A stretch of 64,000 nt of DNA from Chiloscyllium plagiosum (lineage: Eukaryota), in contig NC_057720.1 of assembly GCF_004010195.1 (NCBI RefSeq), positions 3,150,080 to 3,214,079 on the forward strand, read 5' to 3'. Below, in pieces: positions 1 through 12,892 of this stretch. The notes beneath the pieces were generated by a model. It was not told the DNA's origin, searched no databases, and saw only the letters and a program-made list of their open reading frames with translations. The translations under genes and the position numbers were made by a program. Numbering within the stretch: position 1 is the first letter of the stretch; each line of letters starts with the position of its first letter.

Positions 1-585
1 CCCCACCTCCATACCCCTGAGTAAATACCCCCCACCTCCATACCCACCCACTCCCACGAGTCCATTTGTCTCACATTCGTTCACAGTCTGGAAAGTGGGA
101 TGCACAGTCTCACAGTGAAGTCCCAGTCGGAACCATTAGGAAAGTAATACATCAGCAAACCTCAAAACAACACCACAATCAATCTGCTTGATTGCTAGCG
201 GAAGCTTTAATATCCTAATAACATAAAACCCGGAGGAAAATAAGTCACTGAAAATGCAGAGACAGTCAGGAAATATCCGGCGTTTATGGATCAGTTGGAG
301 GCCATTCAACCCGTTGAGCCTGTACTACAATTCAGTTAGATCAGGGCTGATTTCTGACTGACCTTCACAGGGCCACCTTTTAATCTCTTTATTTCAAACA
401 ATCTGACAAGCTCAGGTTTTAAATTTACATTTTCCCACCACTTTCACCAGCTTTTTGAGTTCTATATCTTCTTGAATGAAGAATCATCCCTGAACGGCCT
501 CATTTGAGTTTTAAAAATCGCATTCCCTTGTTCTGAAATAATTCCTTGGTAAAGCAGAACTTGAGTGCTCCTGAAAAAATATAAG

Positions 586-941
586 ACTGACCCTCCAACA
601 GTGTGGTACTCCCACAGTACTGACCCTCCAACAATGCAGCCCTCCCTCAGTACTGACCCTCTTACAGTGACACATTCCCTCAGCACTGACCCTCCAACAA
701 TGCAGCACTCCCTCAGTACTGACCCTCTAACAGTGCAGCACTCCCTCAGCACTGACCCTCTGACAGTGCAGCACTCCCTCAGCACTGACCCTCTGACAGT
801 GCGGCACTCCCTCAGCACTGACCCTCTGACAGTGCGGCACTCCCTCAGCACTGACCCTCCGACAGTGTGTCACTCCCTCAGTACTGACCCTCTGACAGTG
901 CGACACTCCCTCAGCGTTAACCCTCTGACAGTGCAGCACTC
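586..941. repeat. 33-bp minisatellite, about 11 copies
   Basis: Unit actgaccctctgacagtgcagcactccctcagc repeated in tandem; explains the 11-aa periodic ORFs on both strands. Confidence 0.95.
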
Positions 942-1645
942 TTATGATAATTATGTGGGAATTCCCAGATAATCTGTTATTGCCCTTGATTGTGGGTTAA
1001 ATATTGGCCTAAGCCTTATCTTGGAAATTGTACCAGTTGAGAATCAGATGGGGATTCAATTTAACACCTCATCTGAAACATTCAAACTAGTCTTCAAGAA
1101 TTAAGACAGGGATTCAGTGCTATTTTCATGATTATTTGGCAGCAATTTCAAACTCACATATTATGAATGTGAAAGCTGTTTTGTTTGAGGTAATATTAAC
1201 AGGCACTGTTCATTAAATAAATACTTTCCAATTTAGAAACTGTCTATAATATTAAGTAGTAAATATTGAAAATCCACATAGGTGCGTGTATTTGTATCTA
1301 TATCAGTGGTTGAGTGTGTTTCAGTGTGTAAATCTGTGCCGTGTGTGTGCGCCCAGGTATGTTAGGGGAGCTGGTACTGTTGTAGTAGTGTGACTAATCA
1401 AGTAATCCAGAAGGCCGGACTGATTTTCTGGAATGTTCGGAAGAAGGTTCACATCAAACGTGGAACATTAACTGTGTTTCTCGCTCCTGCCTTGCTGCTA
1501 AACCTACTGAGTTTCTCCAGCATTCTCCACTTTTATTTCCAATCTCCAGAATACACAGGATTTTATTTTTGTTTTAATGTTCTGGGGTCTCACCATGACC
1601 AATGGTGAAATTTGAATGTTTATAGTATAACAAGACAAAGGGACT

Positions 1646-1854
1646 AAAATAAAAGCAAATTACTGCGGATGCTGGAATCTGAAACCAAAAGAGAAAATGC
1701 TGGAAAATCTCAGCAGGTCTGGCAGCATCTGTAAGGAGAGAAAAGAGCTGACATTTCAAGTCTAACTGACCCTTTGTCAAAGCTGTGACAAAGGGTCAGT
1801 TAGACTCGAAACATCAGCTCTTTTCTCTCCTTACAGATGCTGCCAGACCGACTG
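1646..1854. mobile_element. Fold-back (head-to-head) PLE-tail element with degenerate hammerhead-like motifs
   Basis: Inverted arms centred on agct near 1781; flanked by agacaa(a/c)gggact at 1633-1645 and 1855-1867. Confidence 0.75.
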
Positions 1855-2044
1855 AGACAACGGGACTGATGGCAGGTGACCAGGTGAGGACCGCGGTTTC
1901 CTTTCCTGAAGGATGTTGGTGAATCAGATGCTTTTTAACACCAATAGTTACCAGCTCACCGCCAGGCTTGCTTTTTAATCAAAATACTTGAAATCAATAA
2001 ACACCATAGTCTGCCAGGTTGGGATTTCAACCCAGAGTGTTAGA

Positions 2045-2270
2045 CAAAAAATCCAAAAAGAACTGCGGATGCTGGAAATCAGAAACAGAAACTGCTGGAA
2101 AAGCTCAGCAGGTCTGGCAGCATCTGTTGAGAAATCTGAGGTAACATTTTGGATCAAGTGACCCTTCCTGAGAACTGATCTGAAGAAGCATCACTTAATT
2201 CGAAACGTTAACTCTGATTTCTCAGCACGGATGCTGCCAGACTTGCTGAGCTTTTCCAGCAATTTCTGTG
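2045..2270. mobile_element. Fold-back PLE-tail element (gctggaaaagctcagcagg family)
   Basis: Inverted arms gctggaaaagctcagcaggtctggcagcatc / gatgctgccagacttgctgagcttttccagc around CTGAAGA..GAAACGTT. Confidence 0.7.
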
Positions 2271-2970
2271 TTGGCCCGGAATCTTGGTCCAGTGCAATTC
2301 CCACTGCACCACCTCTGCCTTTCCTTTGTACTTTCGATTAAGGTGACTTCAAACCCCACTCCAGGACCCTGGTATTAAACTCGAGGCTGACATTGCCAGA
2401 CTGACAGAGGACAGACTGACAGGGTGCTGCCTTTTCAATGAGCCATTTTACTGAGGCCCTAGTTACCCCCTGGTGTGAATGTGAGATATCTCATGGACAT
2501 ACTTTAACAAAAGAGCAGTGTTCTCTCTGATCTATGGGTCAACATTACGGTGTTAACCGACACCTGCATGAGGTCCTGTCCACAGAAGGTTCCAGAATAT
2601 GACTGATTGATGAGGTGAGGGAGTGTCCTTATGAGGAAACGTTGTGCCTGTTTTGGAGTTTAGAGAAATGAGAAGTGATCTTAAAACATTCTGAGGGAAC
2701 TTGGCAGGTTGATGCTGAAAGAATATCTCCCCCTCGTGGAGGGAGGAGACTACAACAGTGGCATTGTTTCAAAATAAAGGGGTCCAGTTTAAGGTAGATG
2801 AAAGGGTGATTTAATCCCTTAATCCCTCTTTCAGACCAGACACGAGTCAGGTTTCTCTGTTGAAACATTTATTTATGCATACATGGGAGGTGCACGCAGC
2901 TCAAACTTTAAAACAATGGTGTTAACTATTTCTACAGGTAACATGCACTAACTCGCCCTTTTATTTTAAC

Positions 2971-3290
2971 TCATTCATGGGACATGGACATGACTGGCCA
3001 GGCTAATATTTATAGCCCATCCCTAATTTGAGAGTCACCCCCATCACTGCGGGTCTGGAGTCATGTGTGGGTCAGACCAGGTCAGGACGGTAGATTTCCT
3101 TCCCTAAAGGACATTAGTGACCCAGATGGGTATTTCCCCTGACAATGGCTTCCTGGTCATCATTAAACTCTTAATCCCAGATTTTTATTGAATTCAGATT
3201 CCAAGATGGTGGGATTTGAATTTGTGATCCCCTGAATATTACCCAGATCTCTGGATTAATTGTCTCGTGATAGTAGCACTCGGCTATTGC
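2971..3290 (-). mobile_element. SINE sharing its 3' tail with the L2/CR1-group LINE
   Basis: Reverse complement of the family seen at 4040-4330, 60030-60360 and 61176-61504. Confidence 0.7.
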
Positions 3291-4039
3291 CTCCCACTGT
3301 GTCTAGCCAGCAGTGTTCACATAGTTTATATTCCAGGTTAATTCACAGGACTGTACTATCCAATCATATCGTAAAACAGGGTCACATGCTCCAGTTGCAA
3401 GTAGCACTTGTGATTATCAGATACTGCACTGTCCTTTTCCCCGTTTAACTGGAGCTGAGGAGGGGGATGTTTTATCACAGCAGGTTGTTAGCCTATGGAC
3501 CTTTCTTTCCCTGTGGGCAGTGTCACCTGGATTATCACAGCTGGGTCAGACAGAGGAGTGCAGGCACCCGACAACAGGAAGAAAGTGGAATTCAGGCTAT
3601 AATCAGACAAGGCATGATCTTCCCGAGGAGCAGGGCAGGCTGGAGGGGCTGAATAGCCTCCTTCCGGTTATTGTGTTGTTCTTCTTGTAAAATAGATGGG
3701 CTATCAGGTTTACATGCATCGACAAACAAAATAGGAGCAGACCATTCAGCCCCTCAACTCTGCTGTACATTCAATAAGGTCGTGGCTGATCTGTTTGTGT
3801 TTCAAGTTCCGCATTCCCTGATAACCTTTGACCCCCCCACTTAACTTCTGTCTTAGTCAGTCCACCGCCACTATCTTGTGAGACAGTCGCATGACCCTCT
3901 GAGAGAAAAAAATTCTCCTGACCTCTGACCCAAAAGCAGGACCCCTCATGTTAAAACTGAACCCTCCCGGCCCCAGTTCTGCACTGATCCACACGAGGAA
4001 CCATCCTTACCACACCCACCAAGAGAGGCAAGGACCCGA

Positions 4040-4330
4040 GTGGTATTAATGCTGGACTATTAATCCAGAGAGCCAGATAATGTGCTAGGGACCTGGTTTC
4101 AAATCCTCCCACAGCAGATGGAGAAATTTGAATTCAATAAATATCTGGAATTAAGAGTCTGTGAATCCACTGTCCATTGTCAGAAAATCCCATCTGGATC
4201 ACTAATGTCCTTCAGGGAAAGAAACTGCCATCCTTACCTGGTCTGGCCTACATGTGACTCCAGACGCACAGCAATGTGGTTGACTCTTAACTTGCCCCCT
4301 GAGCAATTAGGGATGGGCAATAAATGCTGG
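4040..4330 (+). mobile_element. SINE with tRNA-like head and LINE-shared tail
   Basis: A-box/B-box-like head (gtggta..ggtttcaaatcc), body ccatctggatcactaatgtccttcaggg, tail gcaattagggatgggcaataaatgctgg like the LINE end at 11680-11750. Confidence 0.7.
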
Positions 4331-5178
4331 TCTAGATCAGAGTGGTGCTGGAAAAGCACAGCAAGTCAGGCAGCAACCGATGAGCAGGAAAATCGATGAC
4401 TTGTCCTACCTGCCAGTCTTCCTTCCCACCTATCTGCTCCACCCTCCTCTCCGGAGGAAGTGAGGACTGCAGATGCTGGAGATCAGAGCTGAAAAATGTA
4501 TTGCCGGAAAAGTGCAGCAGGTCAGGCAGCATCCAAGGAGCAGGAGAATCGACGTTTCGGGGCTGGGAGGGAGCAGTTTTAACATGAGGGGGTCCTGCTT
4601 TTGGGTCAGAGGTCAGGAGAATTATTTTCTCTCAGAGGGTCATGCGACTGTCTCACAAGATAGTGGCGGTGGACTGACTAAGACAGAAGTTAAGTGGGGG
4701 GGGTCAAAGGTTATCAGGGAATGCGGAACTTGAAACACAAGCAGATCAGCCACGATCTTATTGAATGTACAGCAGAGTTGAGGGGCTGAATGGTCTGCTC
4801 CTATTTTGTTCGTCGATGTATGTAAACCTGATAGCCCATCTATTTTACAAGAAGAACAACACAATAACCGGAAGGAGGCTATTCGGCCCCTCCTGCTGCG
4901 CTTTTCCAGCGACGCATTTTCCACCCTCCTCTCCGACCTGTCACCTCCACCACCACCCCCAGTCACCTATCGTATCTTTGCTACCTTCTCCCCAGCCCCA
5001 CCCCTCACCCATTTATCTCTCTACCCCAGAGGCTCCTTGCCTTCATTCCTGATGAAGGGCTTTTGCCCGAAACGTCGATTTTCCTGCTCCTCAGATGCTG
5101 CCTGACCTGCTGTGCTTTTCCAGCACCACTCTAATCTCGACTCTGGTTTCCAGCATCTGCGGTCCTCACTTTTGCCTA
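4331..5178 (+). mobile_element. PLE-tail element with hammerhead motif, interrupted by a TSD-flanked composite insertion
   Basis: Pyrimidine-rich tract, then CTGATGA-A-GGGC-TTTT-GCCC-GAAACGTC (5049-5076), tail ending cacttttgcct; inverted 5' piece at 4331-4396. Confidence 0.75.
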
Positions 5179-6189
5179 ATAAATGAATAAAGAAAAAAAC
5201 CTGGTCAAGAGTATTCAGGATCTGACACACTTCAGCCAATCACCGAAACCCTAGCGGGAACACGCCCTGTCTGTCCAACCCTTCCTCATTCCCAGATCAA
5301 TCCACCATGTTTTATTTCAGTCTGGGCTTGTCTGCTCATATTCCCACAGTGATGTAAACACAGCTCTCTGCCTTAAAACACAAGAGTCAAGCATATACAG
5401 GCCAAAGGGCCTGTACTGCGCTGTTCTATATTCTAGATACATGGAGCTGAGGTCATTTTTTGCTTTAAGTCGTGCAATGGCATTAACTTTTCATTGAGAT
5501 TTATGTCCGGCCAGCCAGACTTGGAGCACTAGCTTAATGAGACTTACAGCAGTGACGGGGAATATGTTGTGAAGTGCAGCCGAGGGATCATGTTAGCTTG
5601 TCTCCATATTAGGCAAAAGACAGGAAAGCAGCTCCTCTGCATGTCAGCCAAATGCGGCCTCACACTGAGCTCTCATCTGTTGTTACTGGGTAATTAATAT
5701 GAGCTGCTGAGAGAGATTGGAGCTTTCACAAATCTTTTGGCTGTTGTAGTAAACATGTTTCTTCAGATTTGTGGGCCACCGGGTCAGTGGAAAGCAAGTT
5801 GTCCTCACGGCGAGAATGAGGGGAGGGTGACGGAGGAGGTGAATGATGCAATCCTGGGTCTGGCAGGAGGCCAAGAGGCCAGTGTTGCTTCTGTAGCCAT
5901 GTCTCTGGTTCCCGGATGAGTTGAGTGATTGACCCGCTTTGAAGGGAAGATTAGATTTGGACGCTGGACCCCGATTGTGTCTGAACTGTGGAAAGAGAGC
6001 TGCATGAAGAAGCTTTCAAAGCCATGTTCCGCGATACTCCATGTCTGCTTCCCTCCCCCACCCTCCATACACCTCCAGTTGGTAGGTCTCACCTTTCTGC
6101 CCAATTGTTTCCTGCCAAAATAACCCCAGACCAAAATAAAGCCGGTCACTCAGATTCACGTGGTGGATTGCTCCGGGAATGAGGAAGGG

Positions 6190-6610
6190 TTGGACAGTAT
6201 GGGCGTGGTTCCACTGGGATCTAGGAGCAGAGGAGGCTGAGGGGTGACCCGATAGAGGTTTATAAGTTCATGAGGGGCATGGGTAAGGTGAATAACCAAG
6301 GTCTTTTCCCCAAAGTGGGGGAATTCAAAACTAGGGAGCACAGGATTAAGGTGAGAGGAGAAAGACTTAAAAGTGACCTGAGGGGCAACCTTTTCACACA
6401 GAAGGTGGTACGTGTATGGAATGAACAGCCAAAGGAAGTGGTAGATGCAGTTACAATTACACCATTTAAAAGACATCTGGACAGATATGTGAATAGGAAA
6501 GATTCATAGGGATATGGGCAAATGCAGGCAAATGGGAATAATTTAGTTTGTGAAACTTGGTCAGCATGGACGAGTTGGACCGAAGGATCTGTTTCTGTGC
6601 TGTATGACCC
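6190..6610 (+). mobile_element. CR1/HER1-type LINE 3' fragment
   Basis: RRLRGD..EVYK.MRG..RGNLFTQKVVRVWN-type ORF2 C-terminus plus 3' UTR ending gtgctgtatgac. Confidence 0.85.
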
Positions 6611-6928
6611 TTTTCCCCCATAACAAACACTTGCATTTGTGTAGTGTCTTTAGCATCATGTCCCATGGCTTTTCACAGGGCCATTAGTAAATTGAATTTG
6701 AGTCCCAGCCGTATAATTCAGATGATCAAACGTGCTCAAAAACATAGGTTTTAAGGAGTATATTAAAGGAAGAGAGAGGTAAGGAGGGAAGTTCCAGTGA
6801 TTTCCTCATGCTTCTGCATTGCTTGCACATGTTCCTCATTCCTTGTTATCTGGGAACTCAGTGACTCACAGGGTAGTTAAGAGACAATCACATTGCTGTG
6901 TGTCTGAACTCATATGTAGGTAGGCCCA

Positions 6929-7097
6929 GGAGAAAATGAGGGCTGCAGTTGCTGGAGATTAGAGTAAAGAACAGGGTGCTGGAAAAGCACAGCCAGTCAG
7001 GCAGCATCCGAGGAGCAGGAGGACTGATGTTTTGCACATAAGCTTTTCATCAGGAAGCTCTTGATGAAGGGGTAATGCCCGAACTGTCGATTCTCCT
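6929..7097. mobile_element. Fold-back PLE-tail element, degenerate
   Basis: Minus-strand tail followed by inverted ttgatgaagggg..gcccgaactgtcgattctcct. Confidence 0.7.
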
Positions 7098-7494
7098 ATT
7101 TGTGTGTGTGTGTATACCTGTATCGATGTGTGCATCTTTGTGTGTGTATACCTGTATTGGTGTATGCATCTGTGTGTGTGTGTATACCTGTATCTCTGTG
7201 TGTGTGTATTTGTGTGTGTGTATATACCTGTATCTGTGTGTGTGTACATCTGTGTGTGTGTATATACTTGTATCGGTGTCTGTGTATACCTGTATTGCTG
7301 TGTGTATCTGTGTGTTTGTGTGTACACTTGTATCTATGTTTGTGTGTGTGTATACACCTGTATCAGTGTGTGTATCTGTGTGCCGGTGTACCTGTATTGG
7401 TATGTGTATTTGTGTGTGTGTGTATGTGTGTGTGGGGGGGGGGGGGGGCGGGTGTTGTGTGTATACCTGTATCAGTGTGTGTATGTGTGTGTGA
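7098..7494. repeat. Compound (TG)n / tgtgtatacctgtatc low-complexity repeat
   Basis: Visible TG-rich periodicity; source of the Cys/Val and His/Thr ORFs. Confidence 0.95.
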
Positions 7495-9371
7495 GATCTA
7501 TGTTCCTGTGAGACCTCATGGGGTAGATGGTGTTCCAAGGCAGTCTCTGGATTTGATGAGATTGAATTCTTTGAACAAAGGCCCCAGCCAGCTCCGGTTT
7601 TGCTGTCATCCCGAGAGAGAGGCTGCATTGTGTTCCTGGGGGATGAGCCCGCCTGCTATTTGCAATGTTTGTTGTTGGTTTATGTTGAGTGACTTGGAAC
7701 AGAAGGAATAGCTATTATGAAATGTACTGATTCAGGGAGTGATGAATCTACAATGCTTTAACACAGAGAAGCAGTCGCAGATTGTTGAAAGATTTAAAAT
7801 GCATTGAATTCATGGAGGACACTTTAAACTGAAATAAATTACATTTGCAAGACCAAGAGGCAAGACCTCCACATAATGATGGAATGATACAGTAGAGAAG
7901 GAGGCCATTCGGCCCATTATTCCCATGCACTGCTTTGTAAGGGCTATCCAATTAGTCCCACTCCCCAGCCTGTCTTCCTTCCTACTCCTGAAATTATATC
8001 CCTTTCACGTCTTCGATCAATTCCTTTTTATTTAAAGTTGCCATTCATTCTGCCTCTGGATCTTTTATTCTTAAATAAATGGAGAGGGCAGGTGTGAAAA
8101 ATGGACCCGTTACTGAAACAATGGGTCTGTAGTTATAGGTGCCCGGGAGAGCGGTGAATCCTCAGCTGAACTTAAGTCAGGACTGAGCTCAATCAGCCTT
8201 TTCACACAAACAGAGAGTGAAGTTCAATCCAATGAGTTTTGGTCTTATTGAATACTGTAGCGATCCTAAGGGGCCGAATGGCCTACTCTGACAGTATGGG
8301 AGGGTTGGCATATGTAGCTGGTGGAATTTACTAAAACCTGGAGTTGGAAACAGTTCATAGTCATGCTGAATACAAAGTTATTATTGTAAAAATTGCATCA
8401 GGTTCATTATAGAATCCCTACAGTGCAAATGGAGGCCGTTCAGCCCATTGAGTCTGCACCGAACCTCTGAAGAACATCCTACCCAAAACCAATGGCCCCC
8501 TTACCTGCACATTCCAACCTAAGGAGGGGCTTTGGTTAGCCCAGAAACACAAACAGGAATTGCTGGAAAAGCTCAGCAGGCCTGACAGCATCTGTGGAGA
8601 GAAATTAGAGTGACCCCTCCTCAGAACAGGTCAGCTTAGTTGGCTGGACAGCTGATTTGTGATGCATAGTGATGTTAACAGCACAGGTTCAATTCCTGCA
8701 CCATCTGAGGTTACTGTAAAGGTCCTGATTTCTTGATCTTGATAGAGTGGGCAGCTGTAGTACGAATCAACCTTGCTTAAATATTCCAATACAATGAGGA
8801 GGGGATTGGGGTTCAGAACAGAGAGAGTTCCTTTGGTGATATGGAGCAATAGATCATCCCAGAGCCCGTCAGCTGTTGGATCATGAGTGTTGGAATGCCC
8901 TCCCGAAACAAATCTCCCTTACACTTTCCCCTCCTTTAAACCATCCTTTAAGAGCTGTCCCTTTGGCCAGGCCTGTTCTCACCCCCCCCTCTTACCTCTG
9001 ACTGCCCTAATTCTGATGGAGCACGTGGTACGTACAAATCCAGGGTGTTGTGGTCAGCCCTAGGCATAAATTTGCAATCCTCTCAGTCAGAGTGAAAGGA
9101 TTTCTATTGTTTCTGCAGAGTAGTTGGGATGGGAAATAGACTGTGACAGGTGGCGGTGCAGATTCCACAATAACAGCTTTTAAAAGGGAGTGGATCGATA
9201 TTTGAAAAATGAGGAGAGAGAGATGGACAGTGCAGTGTGGGAGTGCCTGAGATGTGACTAAGTGGACGGTTCGGTGAGAGCACTGTGACAAACAGAGGTT
9301 CAGCTCCTTTCACTGCTGCAAAGCATCCTGCACAGAGCCAAGAGGTAACAGAGTTGTGGGTTTACTCAGAG

Positions 9372-9665
9372 AGGAGAAAGTGAGGACTGCAGATGCTGGA
9401 GATCAGAGACAAAATGTGTGGTGCTGGAAAAGCACAGCTGGTCAAACAGTATCTGGGAGCAGGAGAATCGATGAGCCCTTCATCAGGATTGAGGTGGGGG
9501 TGTTCACTGTTGATTGCACAATGTTCAGCGTCATCCAGCATAGAAACCGACCTGAAACGTGTGGTGCTGGAAAAGCACAGCAGGTCAGGGAGCATCCGAG
9601 GAGCAGGAACATTGACATTTTGGGTATAAGCTCTTCATCAACATTCCTGATGAAGAGCTGATGCT
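9372..9665 (-). mobile_element. Two PLE-tail copies separated by a short LINE fragment
   Basis: gctggaaaagcacagc..catcagga near 9422-9488 and again near 9566-9640, followed by an inverted cctgatgaagagc. Confidence 0.65.
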
Positions 9666-9979
9666 CTCAGCTTACTCAGGTACCTACCTCCTCCCTGGAG
9701 CTCAAGTTATTTCATTAACTGATCAAGTGCAGAAGAGGCCAGTTCTATAATTCAGCCCATCAGCAGTTAGTCAGACTCACCATATTGTCTGCATAAGCCG
9801 ATTGTGTATTTTTAAAAATCCTTATAGTTTTTATCCAATTTGTTTCTGAAAGTAGGGAAAATCCAAATCACACAGAAATAATCAGAGCAAGAGTAGACCA
9901 TGTGACTGATTGAACAGGAAAGCATAGCCTTTAAGACAGGACGCTATTTTCCAAGACAAGGTAGTACCCACTCAGCACC

Positions 9980-11750
9980 ACACGTGATATCAAGAAACAG
10001 TTCAAGGCACTGGATACTGCAAAGGCTATGGGCCCTGACACCTACTCCGACAATAATACTGTGCTCCAGAACATGTTGCTCCCCTAGCCAAGCTGTTCCA
10101 GTCCAGTTACAACACTGGCATCCACCTGACAACGTGGAAAATTGCCCAGGTATGTACTGTATGTAAAAAGCAAGAAAAATCCAACTCAGCCAATTCCCGC
10201 CCCCCCATCATCAGTAAAGTGATGGAAGGTGTCAGTAACAGGGCTATCAAGCAGCACCTGCTCAGCAATAACCTGCTCAGTGACGCCCAGTTTGGCTTCC
10301 GCCAGGGTCACTCAGCTCCTGACCTCATCACAGCCTTAGGTCAAACATGGACAAAAGAGCTGAATTCCAGAGGGGAGGGGAGAGAGACAGCCCTTGACAT
10401 TGAAGTCACATTCAATCGAGTGTGGCATCAAGGAGCCTTAGCAAAACTGGAATCATTTGGGTATTAGGGGACAAACTCTCCGCTGGTTAGAATCATACCT
10501 GGCACATAGGAAGATGGTTGTGGTTGATGGAGGTCAGTCCAGGACATCTCTGTGGGAGTCCCTCAGGGGAGTGTCCTAGGCTCAACCATCTCCAGCTGCT
10601 TCATCAATGACCTTCCCTCCATCATAAGGTCAGAAGTGGAGATGTTCACTGCTGATTGCACAATGTTCAGCAACTCCCCAGACACTGAAGACACCCCTGA
10701 CCTGTCACCTTCTCCTTCACCTTCATCCACCTATCGCACTCCCAGCTACCTTCCCCCAACCCCAACCCCTCCCATTTATCTATCAGCCCCAGCCCACCAG
10801 CCTCATTCCTGATGAAGGGTTTATGCCCTAAACGTTGATTCTCCTGCTACTCGGATGCTGCCTGGCCTGCCGTGCCTTTCCTGCACCACACTCTGGACAC
10901 GGAAACAGTCTGTGTTCAAATGCAACAAGATCTGGACAATATCCAGGCTTGGACTGTCAAGTGGCGAGTAACATTCATGCCACACAAATGTCGGGTTATG
11001 ACCGTCACCAATAAGAGACAAACTAACCACCGGCTCTTAACATTCAATGGTGTTGCCATCACTGAAACCCCCACTATCAACATCCTGGGAGTTACCATTG
11101 CCCAGAAAGTCAACTGGACTCACCACATAAACACAGTGGCTACAAGAGCAGGTCAGAGGCTGGGAATCCTGCAGTGAGTAACTCCCGTCCTGACTCCCGA
11201 AAACCTGTCCACCAGCTACAAGGCACAAGTCAGGAGTATGATGGGATACTCCCCACTTGCCTGGATGGGGGCAGCTCCAACAACACTCAAGAAGCTCGAC
11301 ACCATCCAGGACAAAGCAGCCCCCACTTGATTAGCACCATATCCACAAACATCCACTCCCTCCACCACCCACGCTCAGTAACAGCAGTGTGTACTGTCTA
11401 CAAGATGCACTGCAGAAATTCACCAAAGATCCTCGATGCACTGCAGAAATTCACCAAAGATCCTCAGACAGCACCTTCCAAACCAATGGCCACTTCCATC
11501 TGGAAGAAAAGGACATCAGGTACATGGAAACACCACCACCTGCAAGTTCCTCTCCAAGTCACTCACCATCCTAACTTGGAAATTAATTGTCATTCCTTCA
11601 GTATCACTGCATCAAAAACTTGGAATTCCACCCCCCCCCCCTCACAAAGAGTGTCTACCAATGGACTGCACATTCTCAGGGGGCAATTAGGGACCGGCAA
11701 TAAATACTGGGCCCAGCCAGCAAAGCTCATTTCACACAAATGAATTTTAA
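9980..11750 (+). mobile_element. 5'-truncated, frameshifted non-LTR retrotransposon (L2/CR1 group) RT and 3' end
   Basis: RT motifs in ORF fragments: QFGFRQGHS, ALDI..FNRVWH, GVPQGSVLG, degenerate FADD, QQDLDNIQAW; tail gggcaattaggga..caataaatactgg. Confidence 0.88.
10690..10895 (+). mobile_element. PLE-tail element inserted in the LINE; hammerhead core mutated (GAAA to TAAA)
   Basis: cctgatgaagggtttatgccctaaacgttg; flanked by gacac(t/g)gaa. Confidence 0.7.
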
Positions 11751-12139
11751 AAAACATAATCGCCACCTTGGGGATTGTAGGAACGCAATAGGAGGCCATT
11801 CAGCCCCTTGGATCTGTTCTGTCATTCAACAAGATTCAAGCTGACCTACATTATTGACTCTACCGCAACCTGTTCCCTATCCCTCGAGTCACACTGTGTC
11901 TGAACATCTATTGATCTCAACGTTGACACAGCAGGATGGACTGGATACAGGGATGATGTTTCTGTGGGGTGGGTGGGGTGCGGATTTGGTTGGTCACAGA
12001 CAGAAGGTCAGGTTCTTAGCTCAGCCGTTGCAGACTGAGATCGAAGGGAGAGGATGGTGGACCTGTGGAATTCTCTCACCCTGAAGGCTGGGGAGGTGGT
12101 GGCTGAGTCACTGAATATAGTTAAGAAAGAAATAGATTT

Positions 12140-12520
12140 ATTGGCCCTTTATTGGTCAGAGTATTGAGTACAGGAGTTGGGAGTTCATGTTGCGGCTGTG
12201 CAGGACATTGGTTAGGCCACTGTTGGACTATTGCGTGCAATTCTGGTCTCCTTCCTATCGGAAAGATGTTGTGAAACTTGAAAGGGTTCAGAAAAGATTT
12301 ACAAGGATGTTGCCAGGGTTAGAGGATCTGAGCTACAGGGAGAGGCTGGTACAATTGCAACATTTAAGAGGCATCTGGATGGGTATATGAATAGGAAGGG
12401 TTTAGAGGGATATGGGCCGGATGCTGGCAGGTGGGACTAGATTGGGTTGGGATATCTGGTCGGCATGGACAGGTTAGACCGAAGGGTCTGTTTCCATGCT
12501 GTACTTCTCTATGACTCTAT
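12140..12520 (+). mobile_element. CR1/HER1-type LINE 3' fragment with internal deletion
   Basis: LVRPLLDYCVQFWSP..LERVQKRFTRMLPGL; tail ctctatgactcta. Confidence 0.88.
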
Positions 12521-12750
12521 TTCTGGAGGTTAAAGTCATTGGTGGGCTTGGGGAAAGAGCAGGAGCATGGCTTTGAAATAGAGAATCGTCCATGGGTCGT
12601 GTTAAATGGTGGATTAGGCTCAATGAGCTGAATGGCCTATTCCTGCTTCTATTTTCCATGCCTCTATGTTAAATACACTCAGCGAGCCTTTTTATTAATT
12701 CATTCTTGGGATATGAGCATTCCTGACTGGTCTAGCATTTCCTCCCTGTG

Positions 12751-12892
12751 AAGGGATTTTCTTCCTGATGAAGGGCTTTTGCCCGCAACGTCGATTTTCC
12801 TGCTCCTCGGATGCTGCCTGACCAGCTGTGCTTTTCCAGCATCACTCTGATGTAGACTCTGATTTCCAGCATCTGCAGTCCTCACTTTTGCC
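12751..12892 (+). mobile_element. 142-bp hammerhead-headed insertion with 15-bp TSD
   Basis: TSD catttcctccctgtg at 12736-12750 and 12893-12907; CTGATGA-A-GGGC-TTTT-GCCC-GCAACGTC (one core substitution). Confidence 0.85.

Noticed and set aside
462..972. Repetitive 11-aa ORFs or a CRISPR-like array
   Set aside because: Head-to-tail 33-bp tandem units with no unique spacers; eukaryotic context; no cas genes.
6959..7711. Cys/Val-rich and His/Thr-rich ORFs (also near 22700 and 49320)
   Set aside because: Translations of (TG)n/(CA)n low-complexity DNA.
11404..11465. 31-bp tandem duplication gatgcactgcagaaattcaccaaagatcctc
   Set aside because: Real but an ordinary slippage duplication inside a dead LINE.
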